A DNA stretch of 44,815 nucleotides, taken from IMG/VR virus record IMGVR_UViG_3300037722_000268, positions 1 through 44,815 of that record, one strand, 5' to 3'. The position numbers and the translations under genes are program-made. This DNA comes from a virus (Duplodnaviria; Caudoviricetes). The notes under the pieces were generated by a model, which was not told the origin of the DNA, ran no database searches, and saw nothing but the letters and a program-made list of their open reading frames with translations. The first letter of the stretch is position 1; every line of letters starts with the position of its first letter. This document shows, in pieces, positions 35,397-44,178 of this stretch.

Positions 35397-36096
35397 ATTC
35401 TCCGTGCTGCGCGCTTACGGCCGCTCGCCGATGCACGGCTGGCACGCGCGTACGACCGAGGCCGACGAAACGCGGTCTATGGAGCGCGGCACCGCCGTCC
35501 ACGCGCTGCTGTTCGGCACGCGCAAGGTCTGCGGCTATCCTGGTGCGCAGCGCCGCGGCAGGGACTACGAAGCGTTCGCTGCGGCGCACGAGGACTATGA
35601 AATCCTTACCGCTTCAGAGTACGACAAGGCCCGGCGCATGGTCGATGCGATCCTCGCATGCAGCGTCGCTCAGCCGTATCTCAAGGGCACGGCAGAGGAA
35701 ACGATCGTGTTCCGGTGGATGGGGCTCGACTGCCGCGCGACGCCTGACGTGCGCAACCCTGAGTTCCTGACAGAGCTTAAAACGTCGTCCACCGCCGAGC
35801 CGGTCAAGTTCACCTACCAAGCGCTCAGGATGGCCTATCACGCGCAGATGCGCATGCAGCAGATCGCGGTAGGCAATCCCCTGCCCTGCTTCATCGTGTG
35901 CGTGGAATCCGACGAGCCGCACCCGGTCACGGTGTTCCAGATCGACCCGCGCACGCTCGAGATCGGCGAGAAGCTGCTCGTGCTCTGGGCCGAGCGGCTG
36001 AAGAACTGCGAGGCGTCGCAAGTGTTCCCGCCGTACACCGACAGCATTTTCCCGCTGATTGCACCTGAAGAACTGGAGCTTGAATATGGGGACTGA
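35383..36096 (+). CDS. PD-(D/E)XK exonuclease, RecE/ExoVIII-like (DUF3799-like)
   Basis: GTAVHALL, CRATPD, TELKT, YHAQ, FIVCVE motifs. Confidence 0.85.
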   Translation: MQPVRFSVLRAYGRSPMHGWHARTTEADETRSMERGTAVHALLFGTRKVCGYPGAQRRGRDYEAFAAAHEDYEILTASEYDKARRMVDAILACSVAQPYLKGTAEETIVFRWMGLDCRATPDVRNPEFLTELKTSSTAEPVKFTYQALRMAYHAQMRMQQIAVGNPLPCFIVCVESDEPHPVTVFQIDPRTLEIGEKLLVLWAERLKNCEASQVFPPYTDSIFPLIAPEELELEYGD

Positions 36097-36496
36097 ACGG
36101 ACCGACTACCGCGCGATGTACGGCAAGGATTACGTGGGCGCCTGGGACATCCCAGACGGCAAAGACGTGACGCTCACCATTACCGCAGTGAAGGGCGGCG
36201 AGCTGACATCGATCGGCGGCCGGAAGTCGAAGAAGCCGCTGCTGTCCTTCAAGGGCACGGAGAAGAAGCTCGCCCTCAATGCAACGAACGGCAAGACCAT
36301 CGCCAGCATGTACGGGAAGTTCGTCGAGGAGTGGGTCGGGAAAAAGATCGCGATCTACAAGTCCACGACGCGCTCCCCGGAAGGCGATGGCGAAGTCGAT
36401 TGTGTTCGCGTAAGACCGCGGGTGCCTGCAGGAGCGGGTGCAACCCTCCCCCCCGATCCCGCCCTGCAGCCGCCCGCGGAGGAGGCACAGACATGA
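36086..36496 (+). CDS. conserved phage recombination-module protein, possibly ssDNA-binding
   Basis: DVTLTITAV...KKLALNATN...WVGKKIAIY; follows the exonuclease. Confidence 0.6.
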   Translation: MGTERTDYRAMYGKDYVGAWDIPDGKDVTLTITAVKGGELTSIGGRKSKKPLLSFKGTEKKLALNATNGKTIASMYGKFVEEWVGKKIAIYKSTTRSPEGDGEVDCVRVRPRVPAGAGATLPPDPALQPPAEEAQT

Positions 36497-37410
36497 CCGA
36501 ACCGACGCTCGAAGACTTCACGCCCAACACCGTCGCCTGGCTGATCCAGAAGCGCATCGACGAGTCGCGCACGCCAGGCGCACGCAAGATGGGCTCGAGC
36601 CAGGGCTACGTGCTGCGCGGCCTGCAGCGCGACAAGATCATCGCAGGCAAGCTCAACACCGCGCTCAAGCCCATCGACTTCATCGAGTGCTGCCGGGCCT
36701 ACCGCGCCAAGGGCCTGCTGCCGCAGACCATCAACCAGCGCATGTCGTTCCTCGCCGGGGTGCTGAAACACGCGGCCGAGATATGGGACATGCCAGACAC
36801 TGGCATCGTCGCCTATCAGAAGTCGAAGCCGCAGCTCAAGAAAGAGCAACTGATCGGCAAGTCGCCGGGTCGCACCCGCCGCCCGACGCAGGACGAGCTG
36901 GACCGGCTGCTCGCCTACTTCGATGAGCGCAAGCGCATGACGATCCCGATGCGCGCGATCGTGGAGTTCTCGGTGCTCTCGGCCAGGCGCATCAGCGAGA
37001 CCTGCCGGCTGCGCTGGGAGGACATCGACGAGAAGAAGCGTACCTGCATGGTGCGCGACCTGAAGAACCCAGCCGGCAAAGGATTCGATGACGAGTTCCC
37101 GCTGCTCGGGCGCGCGTGGGAGATCGTTCAGGCGCAGCCGCGGACCTGCGATCGGATCTTCCCGTACAACGCGAAGTCCTGCTCGCTCGCCTACACCAGG
37201 GCGAAGCAGGCGCTCAGCATCAATGGGCTGCGGCTGCACGACAACCGCCGAGAAGCGATCTCGAGGCTGTTCGAGCAGGGCTTCAACGTGCCCGAGGCGC
37301 AGAAGCTATCGCTGCACCGGAATGCGACGGTGCTGCTGAAGAACTACACGTCGCTCAAGCCCGAAGATTTGCACCGCGGCCCGGCGGCGAAACGGCATGC
37401 ACATGGCTAA
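36493..37410 (+). CDS. int: tyrosine recombinase / integrase
   Basis: Catalytic set R (SARRISE), K (DLKNP), HxxR (LHDNRR), H (SLHRN), Y (LKNY); ATG 36493. Confidence 0.92.
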   Translation: MTEPTLEDFTPNTVAWLIQKRIDESRTPGARKMGSSQGYVLRGLQRDKIIAGKLNTALKPIDFIECCRAYRAKGLLPQTINQRMSFLAGVLKHAAEIWDMPDTGIVAYQKSKPQLKKEQLIGKSPGRTRRPTQDELDRLLAYFDERKRMTIPMRAIVEFSVLSARRISETCRLRWEDIDEKKRTCMVRDLKNPAGKGFDDEFPLLGRAWEIVQAQPRTCDRIFPYNAKSCSLAYTRAKQALSINGLRLHDNRREAISRLFEQGFNVPEAQKLSLHRNATVLLKNYTSLKPEDLHRGPAAKRHAHG

Positions 37411-37642
37411 GGCAAAGGTAAGCAAGGTCGTTAAGGGCTACGTGGTGAAGCGCGAGACCATCGTCAAGGACGAGGAAACGGGCGCGCAGCGCAGGGTACG
37501 GAAGGAGGTTAGCCGTCTCTACCACGCCCTGAGCGCCGCCGAAACATGCCTCGCCATGTGCCGCAAGCAGTGGCCGGACGGTGATTTCTACATACACGAG
37601 AAGACCGGCGCTGACGGGCTGACGCACCAGCCGATTACGTGA
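37403..37642 (+). CDS. small basic protein overlapping int (RDF candidate, unproven)
   Basis: Position and charge only. Confidence 0.5.
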   Translation: MAKAKVSKVVKGYVVKRETIVKDEETGAQRRVRKEVSRLYHALSAAETCLAMCRKQWPDGDFYIHEKTGADGLTHQPIT

Positions 37643-37661
37643 GCGACGACGCACACGCCAA

Positions 37662-37937
37662 GTGAGCGATCAAACAATGACGCGCGTTGAAAAGATGTTA
37701 CAGCGCCTTCAGAACGACGCTGCGATGAGCAAGTTCCACACGCGGGCTGAGCATCAAGCCTACCACTCGGCTATAGAGGACATGCTGACAATGCTAAGCG
37801 CTGTCCCGTTGACAGCCGAACGGGACCTTCTGGCGGCGCTGGAGTACCTGCTAAAGCGCTCCGGCCAATCCAAGGACATCTCCGACGCTAGGCAAAACGC
37901 GCAGGACGTCATCGCCGAGGCTCGCCGGCGACGCTAA
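37662..37937 (+). CDS. hypothetical protein
   Basis: DLLAALEYLL...ARQNAQDVIAEA tail common in phage early ORFs. Confidence 0.55.
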   Translation: MSDQTMTRVEKMLQRLQNDAAMSKFHTRAEHQAYHSAIEDMLTMLSAVPLTAERDLLAALEYLLKRSGQSKDISDARQNAQDVIAEARRRR

Positions 37938-37954
37938 ACCAAAGTGAGCCGATT

Positions 37955-38122
37955 CTACGAACTCTCCCGGTCCGCCAGCGCCTTGAGCCAGAGGCTCAGG
38001 GAGACCCCTTCCCTACGGGCTGCTGCCTTGTACCGCTCCCGCTCCCCGGGCGTCACCCGCACGTTTATACGCACGCTGGCGGGGTCTTTCTTGGGGGGTT
38101 GCCCCCTGCGCTTCGCTGTCAT
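37955..38122 (-). CDS. 55-aa ribbon-helix-helix (Arc/Mnt/DUF1778-like) regulator, absent from the ORF track
   Basis: Hand translation MTAKRRGQPPKKDPASVRINVRVTPGERERYKAAARREGVSLSLWLKALADRESS. Confidence 0.85.
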   Translation of the reverse strand: MTAKRRGQPPKKDPASVRINVRVTPGERERYKAAARREGVSLSLWLKALADRESS

Positions 38123-38190
38123 GGGTGGATTATGTACTCACAAATAATACTTGACAAGTACCCGTCCTCATGGTTAAATGTACTCACACT
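38123..38190. promoter_or_regulatory. overlapping divergent sigma70 promoters with direct-repeat operators
   Basis: Plus TTGACA-17-TTAAAT; minus TTGTCA-17-CATAAT; palindrome TACTTG-A-CAAGTA; ATGTACTCACA at 38132 and 38178. Confidence 0.8.
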
Positions 38191-38206
38191 TAATGGGGGC
38201 TAGATT

Positions 38207-38464
38207 ATGACGACCATCCAAGTTATCCAGCAGATGTGCGACGACGTAGCAAACGACAAGGCCCGTGTTCTAGTCCTCAGTCACGAACTAGCGGTGCTCC
38301 GTGGTGCCCTCCCGCACCTTAAAGGTGTTAGGGCCCGCCTGGCGAAGGTCGACATTGCCAGCCGCGAAGACGAACTGCGCACCCTTTCGTACCTGCTCTC
38401 GCTGTATGAGCGTGAAGACGCCGCAGAGTGCGAAATCAAGGCAGCGCTCGAGGGAGCACGATGA
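38207..38464 (+). CDS. helical hypothetical protein, first gene under the RHH-linked promoter
   Basis: GGGGG SD-like run, ATG start. Confidence 0.6.
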   Translation: MTTIQVIQQMCDDVANDKARVLVLSHELAVLRGALPHLKGVRARLAKVDIASREDELRTLSYLLSLYEREDAAECEIKAALEGAR

Positions 38465-39102
38465 ATCGTGACGGTAGTCCGATGAGGCACTGCTACTTGC
38501 TGCCTCTGCTGGACGAGACATTCGACCGTGCCGCCGCGGAAGTATGCCGAGAGTTTCTTGAACGCTTCGACATGGCGCCGCCTTCCGTTCGCTCCCTGCT
38601 GGAGAACATTGCCATTAGGCAAAAAAGTGAGGAAATGATGAGCAACACCCCGAGAACGGACGCCGAGGAGGGTGATGCGACGAATACTAACGGTGAGCCT
38701 GTGAAAGTGGTGCTGTCGTCCTTCGCCCGCGAGCTTGAGCGCGAGAGCGCCGTGCTGCTATCGGCGCTGGAGGGGCTGATTCCTTTCGCCATGCTCGTTA
38801 TCCATTCTACGGACAACGCGCACGACCGCGACAAGTTGAATGCTGCTCGCGCCGCTATTGCCAAGGCTCGCGGCGACGCACCACCATGCCCAGCTACTGA
38901 CGACAGCGAATGGGATCTTCTGCAGCGTCAACTACGCGCGGTCCTGGCGACTATCGATGCGCTGGAATCAAAGCATTCATCCGCTAATCGTTACAGGCCG
39001 CTGTGCGGTGACGCCTGCATAGATCCATTTGTGTGCTCACGGATGAAGTTATGCGTATCGCCCGGCGTAGTCAGTCCCCGAAGTGGCCATGAGCCAGCAT
39101 AA
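38461..39102 (+). CDS. mosaic hypothetical protein with internal MMSNTPRTDA module (possible internal start 38635)
   Basis: Internal AGTGAGGAA-ATGATG; similarity to ORF 39379. Confidence 0.55.
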   Translation: MNRDGSPMRHCYLLPLLDETFDRAAAEVCREFLERFDMAPPSVRSLLENIAIRQKSEEMMSNTPRTDAEEGDATNTNGEPVKVVLSSFARELERESAVLLSALEGLIPFAMLVIHSTDNAHDRDKLNAARAAIAKARGDAPPCPATDDSEWDLLQRQLRAVLATIDALESKHSSANRYRPLCGDACIDPFVCSRMKLCVSPGVVSPRSGHEPA

Positions 39103-39141
39103 CGACGCCACACTGTAAAACACGAGAAAGGTTGACCCACC

Positions 39142-39351
39142 ATGAACCACGGCGACGAGCGCAACAGGCAGGTAGTAACCGACGTTGGCCCGGCGGTCGA
39201 GTGGAGCACCACGGACGGCGGGCGATTCATGATGCCCATGTCGGCGCACACGTACACGCAGGCTGACCGCTACTGCCGCAACTGCGGCTGGGTGACGTGC
39301 AAGTGGATCATCGACTTCATCGTCTGCCCAAAGTGCCACGGCGATTGGTAG
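39142..39351 (+). CDS. small Zn-ribbon protein
   Basis: CRNC...CPKC. Confidence 0.55.
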   Translation: MNHGDERNRQVVTDVGPAVEWSTTDGGRFMMPMSAHTYTQADRYCRNCGWVTCKWIIDFIVCPKCHGDW

Positions 39352-39378
39352 ACGACGCCACACCGTAACAGGGAGCTA

Positions 39379-39591
39379 ATGATGAGCGACACGCCGAGAA
39401 CTGATGCAGAGATCGCGGAGTGCGATGAAACTCTGCCGTTCACCCTCGCTGCCAAGGACCGGGGCGCCTCGCTGTACGGACAGACTTGCCGAGCATCGTT
39501 TGCCCGTCAGCTTGAGCGCGAGCTTGCCTTTTTCGCGGCAGAGAACAAGACGCTGGCTAGGGCACTGAATGATGCACATGCCAGGCGATAG
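39379..39591 (+). CDS. TPRTDA...FARQLERE phage module protein
   Basis: SD GGGAG; paralogous to the 38635 module. Confidence 0.6.
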   Translation: MMSDTPRTDAEIAECDETLPFTLAAKDRGASLYGQTCRASFARQLERELAFFAAENKTLARALNDAHARR

Positions 39592-39617
39592 CACACTAAA
39601 TCAGTGAGGAATTGCCT

Positions 39618-39902
39618 ATGAAACTGCACAAGTACGCCGAAGACCCGCTGGTAAAGCGGCTGACCGAGTTGAGCGCGGCCGCCACTCCGGGGACGTGGCG
39701 TGTCGACCCGAAGCGCCTCGAGATCGACACACCGCACGGCAAGCTGGAGGGGCCGATCATTTCCTATCTCGTCGGCAACAAGGGCACGGCGCCGGGCCAG
39801 ACGGTAAGCCTGGGCTCTGAGCGCATCGCCGATCATGAGTTCGTCGCCGCGCTGGTCAACGCATGGCGTGACGGCAGGCTGTACTGCATCCAAGAAGTCT
39901 AG
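39618..39902 (+). CDS. Ead/Ea22-like early protein
   Basis: LSAAATPGTW...ADHEFVAA motif. Confidence 0.6.
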   Translation: MKLHKYAEDPLVKRLTELSAAATPGTWRVDPKRLEIDTPHGKLEGPIISYLVGNKGTAPGQTVSLGSERIADHEFVAALVNAWRDGRLYCIQEV

Positions 39903-39930
39903 TTCTAGGTATAAATCAGTGAGAAATTTA

Positions 39931-40107
39931 ATGCACAAAGAACTGAAAACGAAGTGGATCGAGGCGCTGCGTGGCGGCGCTAAGGGCATCGTGGCTAAGA
40001 TCTTGTTGCCTTTTGCAGCCGGCGGCGCCATTGCTGCCGCTCTAATTTTCGGCGTGCCGTGGCTATGGAGGATGATAAAGCCGTGGTTGCACTCCATCAC
40101 CGGATAG
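39931..40107 (+). CDS. small membrane protein
   Basis: MHKELKTKWIEALRGG followed by a TM segment. Confidence 0.5.
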   Translation: MHKELKTKWIEALRGGAKGIVAKILLPFAAGGAIAAALIFGVPWLWRMIKPWLHSITG

Positions 40108-40134
40108 ATAGTTCTAGGTAACCAGAAAGGAAGA

Positions 40135-40341
40135 ATGATGAGAAAGCAACTTGGATACACCGCCACAGAGCTGGTCATGGTGCTGTTCATTGGCAGCTTG
40201 GTCCTTGCCAGCGCCTTCGGCTGGGTCTGGAACATAGTCAAGCTGGTCGGGATGGATCTCGACCCGATCACCGGGCTGCTGATCGTGCGCGTCATTGGGA
40301 TCTTTCTCGTGCCACTCGGCTGCATTGTGGGGTATCTCTGA
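40135..40341 (+). CDS. small membrane protein with a type IV prepilin-like N-terminus
   Basis: MRKQLG/YTATELVMVLFI matches the class III signal pattern G/FTLxE; two TM segments. Confidence 0.7.
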   Translation: MMRKQLGYTATELVMVLFIGSLVLASAFGWVWNIVKLVGMDLDPITGLLIVRVIGIFLVPLGCIVGYL

Positions 40342-40343
40342 CC

Positions 40344-40568
40344 ATGATTAACGAGCACGGGGCCGAGTGCGGCGACTGCGTGCATTTCGTGTATGCGCGG
40401 CACGAAAGCGGGCGCATCAACCGTAGGCACTTCGGCAAATGTATGTTCTTCGTGAGTTGGCCGGAGAAGATACCGATGAACTACAACTGGATGGCGCCCA
40501 AACCAAGCGCTGTTTGGCACAGCAGCAACGCCGAGCGCTGCGCGTGCTTTGAGCGACGGCTCACCTAG
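40344..40568 (+). CDS. Cys-rich hypothetical protein
   Basis: CGDCVHF...GKC...CACFE. Confidence 0.55.
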   Translation: MINEHGAECGDCVHFVYARHESGRINRRHFGKCMFFVSWPEKIPMNYNWMAPKPSAVWHSSNAERCACFERRLT

Positions 40569-40584
40569 GTAGTGAGGATAGAAC

Positions 40585-40881
40585 ATGACAAATCACGAAG
40601 GCAATCCAATCAAACTCCCCGTGCGCTGCGAATACGGAGGCGTCGGCTATGTCCCGCTGTGGCAAGACGCTGACGGGATATATGTCCCGTTCGAGAACAT
40701 CGTAGCCTTCATCAACGCAGGACAAAACTTGCCATTGAGGACGATCCTGCATCGCTGGTCAAAGGCCAGCCACATTCAACTGTGCACCGGGGAGATGACG
40801 GCTGGCGAGTTGCGCTCGGTCAAGGCTGTGGTTGCCGCAATCACGCGAGAATGCTTCCCCGAGGATTTGCACACTAGGTAA
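40585..40881 (+). CDS. hypothetical protein
   Basis: GAGG SD; LCTGEMTAGELRSVKAV motif. Confidence 0.55.
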   Translation: MTNHEGNPIKLPVRCEYGGVGYVPLWQDADGIYVPFENIVAFINAGQNLPLRTILHRWSKASHIQLCTGEMTAGELRSVKAVVAAITRECFPEDLHTR

Positions 40882-40912
40882 GTGAGCAATCGAAAGGAGC
40901 TTGGTTGTACCA

Positions 40913-41179
40913 ATGACGAGCGACATCGAACTAGATGCTAGGCGTTACAGAGAGTTGCGCCGATTTATTGGAATCGGGCGAGACTATTTCTCTCTCAGGT
41001 TTCCGAGTGAGTTCGTCTACGACATCACAAGCAAGGCCAACCTAGATGCCGCTGTTGATACCTTGCTCGCGCGGGCTCCTGCGAGACACCCAGACTGCGC
41101 TAGGGACTGCACGATTTATCGACGGCATTCTACGCCATCATGCCACGGCTATTGCGCGCTGTTGCCGAAGAAAACATGA
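40913..41179 (+). CDS. hypothetical protein (DARRYRELR module with Cys-rich tail)
   Basis: AAGGAG SD; DARRY...LDAAVD pattern common in phage early ORFs. Confidence 0.55.
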   Translation: MTSDIELDARRYRELRRFIGIGRDYFSLRFPSEFVYDITSKANLDAAVDTLLARAPARHPDCARDCTIYRRHSTPSCHGYCALLPKKT

Positions 41180-41577
41180 GCGACGCCTCACCCTTCGGGT
41201 GCAAGGTCATTAGCGGCCACAAGATCGTGACGAGCTTCGACTACCCACCCATCCCAGATCGCAACTACGACTGGAGCGCCACATTGGCGGACTACGACGG
41301 AGCGCCGGATGCGACTGGGCCGACTAGCCTGATCGGGCATGGGAAGACCGAGGCCGCTGCGGTAGCAGATCTGCTCGAGCAACTGGATATGCTCCATGAA
41401 CTGAAGGCGCTAACGATGAGCGATAACCGACGCACGGATTACACCGTCCCTGCGGAGCCCACGATGGGCATGTGGGACGACTTCTGCGCCGTCTATGAGG
41501 TTCCGTTCGACACCTTCATCGTAGCGTACAAGGCAATGCTCGCGGGATTGCCGACTAGTCTACCGGAGAAGCCATGA
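41176..41577 (+). CDS. hypothetical protein, apparent two-module fusion (second module from 41416)
   Basis: PPIPDRNYDW module plus VPAEPTxxM...YKAMLA module. Confidence 0.55.
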   Translation: MSDASPFGCKVISGHKIVTSFDYPPIPDRNYDWSATLADYDGAPDATGPTSLIGHGKTEAAAVADLLEQLDMLHELKALTMSDNRRTDYTVPAEPTMGMWDDFCAVYEVPFDTFIVAYKAMLAGLPTSLPEKP

Positions 41578-41981
41578 CCGACAACTCACACAGCTATGAA
41601 GCAAATTTGAGAGCCGAAGCAGAAGCGACGGCGGATAGTGCCCTCGCCGAGATGCCAGCATTCTGCGGGCTCGAGGAACCACATTCAGGCGTGATTCGCG
41701 CGGCGCTTATTCACGGTTACCTTCTCGGCGTAAAAAGACACACTGGGCCGAACAGCGATTGGATCGACATTGAAGAGCGCTTGCCGGAGGCGCGATACGG
41801 CGAGGAAGGCGCAGCCCCTGTCGTATCGGAGGATGTTTTATGCATCTTCCCTGACGCCTTGCAGGCGATGTGTAACTACGATCATGAGGCGAAGATCTGG
41901 ACGGTCGTATGGACGCTTGAAAAGTTGGACAACGGTTACGCGCCTACCCATTGGATGACCCTGCCAGAAAGCCCGAAATGA
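41574..41981 (+). CDS. DUF551-domain protein
   Basis: WIDIEERLPE...PTHWMTLPESP. Confidence 0.75.
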   Translation: MTDNSHSYEANLRAEAEATADSALAEMPAFCGLEEPHSGVIRAALIHGYLLGVKRHTGPNSDWIDIEERLPEARYGEEGAAPVVSEDVLCIFPDALQAMCNYDHEAKIWTVVWTLEKLDNGYAPTHWMTLPESPK

Positions 41982-42039
41982 ATGCCATTGACCGCAGGAT
42001 CGCCAAGCAAAAACGCCTCACTGCCACAGTGGAGAGTAA

Positions 42040-42240
42040 ATGAATGCACTGAGCGAACTTCTCGTAGGGCTTCTCAACGAGCACGACCAGCGACAGTCAT
42101 GGGCTGGCTCGTCCTACAACGGAAGCGACCTACAGACGAGAACCAGGGCGGTTCTCTTGAAAGCTGAGAACGACGCCTATCACGACCATCTATTTGCGCA
42201 AGGTGGACTCGGCGCAGCCAGTGACGGGACCGACATATGA
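42040..42240 (+). CDS. hypothetical protein
   Basis: GGAGAG SD; ATGA overlap downstream. Confidence 0.5.
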   Translation: MNALSELLVGLLNEHDQRQSWAGSSYNGSDLQTRTRAVLLKAENDAYHDHLFAQGGLGAASDGTDI

Positions 42241-42803
42241 ATCGCCCCACTACCCCAGGGTGGCAAGGATTGCTGCTCATCCGCTGGTGCGAGTGGACAG
42301 GCGGGCACATCACAGATAAGCAGTTCTTGAACGAGGTCCAAGACATCGTGATTGAAAACCTACTCTCGCCTGTATCGGAGAAACCAGAATCGAATGCAGC
42401 GCCGCAGGGTGTCCCGTCACTATCGGCGCCCTCCCGGGAGGCGGGTGAATCAGCGCCGAGCCCTGCGGCATTGCACACCGATAAGGTGAGCGAAGGCGAC
42501 GATTTGCCAGTTGGTGTTGGACGCGCCCCGATGCCGACGACCGACGATCTAGAGGCCGCGCTACGTAGCGAGTACGGCGGAACGGCGACAAGCGACGCTT
42601 TGATCGGGCTGTGGATGAAGGATCGTCGCGAGTTTGAAACGGCGCAATCCGCAAGTGAGCCAACGTTATTGCTTCGCGAGGCTTACGAGGCCATTGCGTA
42701 TGACACCACGAACCACGGAGACGACTGTCACCACTGCCAAGCAGCGCAGGCGACCATGAGAAAGCTGGAAGCCTATCTGTCCAAAGTTAGTCGTAATACG
42801 TAG
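42237..42803 (+). CDS. mosaic hypothetical protein with low-complexity linker
   Basis: ATGA overlap; Ser/Pro/Ala linker; CHHC. Confidence 0.5.
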   Translation: MNRPTTPGWQGLLLIRWCEWTGGHITDKQFLNEVQDIVIENLLSPVSEKPESNAAPQGVPSLSAPSREAGESAPSPAALHTDKVSEGDDLPVGVGRAPMPTTDDLEAALRSEYGGTATSDALIGLWMKDRREFETAQSASEPTLLLREAYEAIAYDTTNHGDDCHHCQAAQATMRKLEAYLSKVSRNT

Positions 42804-42834
42804 ACTTGCGTCGCTCGACTGGAGATGGGAGCAA

Positions 42835-43155
42835 ATGAACCTAACTGAATTGCGGCGGTACATGACCGAGGCCGGGAAGATGCTCGATGAACTCCTGCCT
42901 CTTCCAGGCGTGCCTCAAGATATGGGCGAGCGTGACTACAGGCTCTATATAAAGTTGGCGGAGCTATTTGTCCCGATGCGGGAGGCGGTTGAATCTGCTG
43001 TACCGGAAGAACTCGATACCGCGCAGCGCAAGCTCCACGGCATAGCGGCCGCCATTGCCGTAGAACTTAGCGGAGGCGGTGTCGTAGATAGGGCGTCGCT
43101 GCTGGACAAGATCAATGAAGTTCGCGATCAGCTCATCGCCGCAGGGAGCAAATGA
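42835..43155 (+). CDS. helical hypothetical protein
   Basis: GGGAG SD. Confidence 0.55.
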   Translation: MNLTELRRYMTEAGKMLDELLPLPGVPQDMGERDYRLYIKLAELFVPMREAVESAVPEELDTAQRKLHGIAAAIAVELSGGGVVDRASLLDKINEVRDQLIAAGSK

Positions 43156-43327
43156 ACTTCTCTACATTCTTTATGCGCCATCCAGGCATTTGCACGTTTC
43201 GGCTACTTGGCTTTGGCGTGCTGATCTTCCACGAGGGCGTCATCCATATGTTCCCGAGTAATCGCGCACGGTTATGGCTGATCCCAGTGTGGCCTGAATG
43301 GAAGTTCGCGTTGGTGGCTCCGTGGAC

Positions 43328-43591
43328 ATGAGCGACGCCAAACCTCTGGATACGAACGTCGCGGTGGAGTTCATCTGCCCGCGCGAGAACCAGGCTACCC
43401 GCTGGGGCGAGTACGTCCTGTCACTCGGGCGCGACCAGAAAGGCAGGCTGCTGGCTATCATCACCAAGGGCCATCCAGACCTCGGCGGCAACACGGAGGT
43501 ATGCGATGTCGAGGTAGTCAAGGATCGCACCGAGGCCGCGTCGTGGTTTGGCTTGGCGCTGATCGAGCGGCCTTGGGAGCCGAGACAATGA
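43328..43591 (+). CDS. hypothetical protein
   Basis: MSDAKPL start, similar to the next gene's start. Confidence 0.5.
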   Translation: MSDAKPLDTNVAVEFICPRENQATRWGEYVLSLGRDQKGRLLAIITKGHPDLGGNTEVCDVEVVKDRTEAASWFGLALIERPWEPRQ

Positions 43592-43812
43592 GCGACGCTC
43601 GACCCCTGAATTCGACCGACGTAGACGCTACGGTTCTAGAGGCGCTGCGGGCCGTAGACACCAAGCCCGCCGTTATGAAAGCAACCGGGCTGTCCGAAAT
43701 GCGGGTCAGGGCATCGTTTAAGAGACTGCAAAAGCGCGGTTTGATACGGCTAGGGGAATTAGATCGCGGAGCGATCCCGGCAAGGTGGAAGCTCACCGGA
43801 GTAGCTGGATGA
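43588..43812 (+). CDS. winged-helix DNA-binding protein
   Basis: VLEALR...VMKATGLSEMRVRASFKRLQKRGLI. Confidence 0.65.
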   Translation: MSDARPLNSTDVDATVLEALRAVDTKPAVMKATGLSEMRVRASFKRLQKRGLIRLGELDRGAIPARWKLTGVAG

Positions 43813-43949
43813 GACTGATAGGTGTGTTACTGGCGTACCTCGGCGCCGGCATGGTGCTAGTAGGCATCGGCCTAGAGCCGCGAGAGTTCGCGTTCGCCGT
43901 TGTTGGTCTCGGTGCGATGCTTACGGGGGCGGCTCTTGCGGAGCGATAA
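43809..43949 (+). CDS. 46-aa two-TM membrane peptide, absent from the ORF track
   Basis: Hand translation MRLIGVLLAYLGAGMVLVGIGLEPREFAFAVVGLGAMLTGAALAER; ATGA overlap. Confidence 0.6.
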   Translation: MRLIGVLLAYLGAGMVLVGIGLEPREFAFAVVGLGAMLTGAALAER

Positions 43950-43969
43950 AGCACTCGGACAGTGAGGAA

Positions 43970-44158
43970 TTGATGAACTTTCTGTGCTGGTTTGGCTTGC
44001 ACAAAAGGCGTGGATGGAAGACTGATTATTCTGTCCCGTACTCGCCAGCCATAGGGGCATTCTTCCCAAGCTCACCACTTACCCGGACCAGAAAGTACCG
44101 GGCGTTCAACCGCTGCGTGCGTTGTGGCAACGTGCAATGTAGGTTCACGAATGGATAG
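43970..44158 (+). CDS. small Cys/His protein
   Basis: LCWFGLH...CVRCG pattern. Confidence 0.55.
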   Translation: MMNFLCWFGLHKRRGWKTDYSVPYSPAIGAFFPSSPLTRTRKYRAFNRCVRCGNVQCRFTNG

Positions 44159-44178
44159 TTCCATCGAGGGAGTAAACA

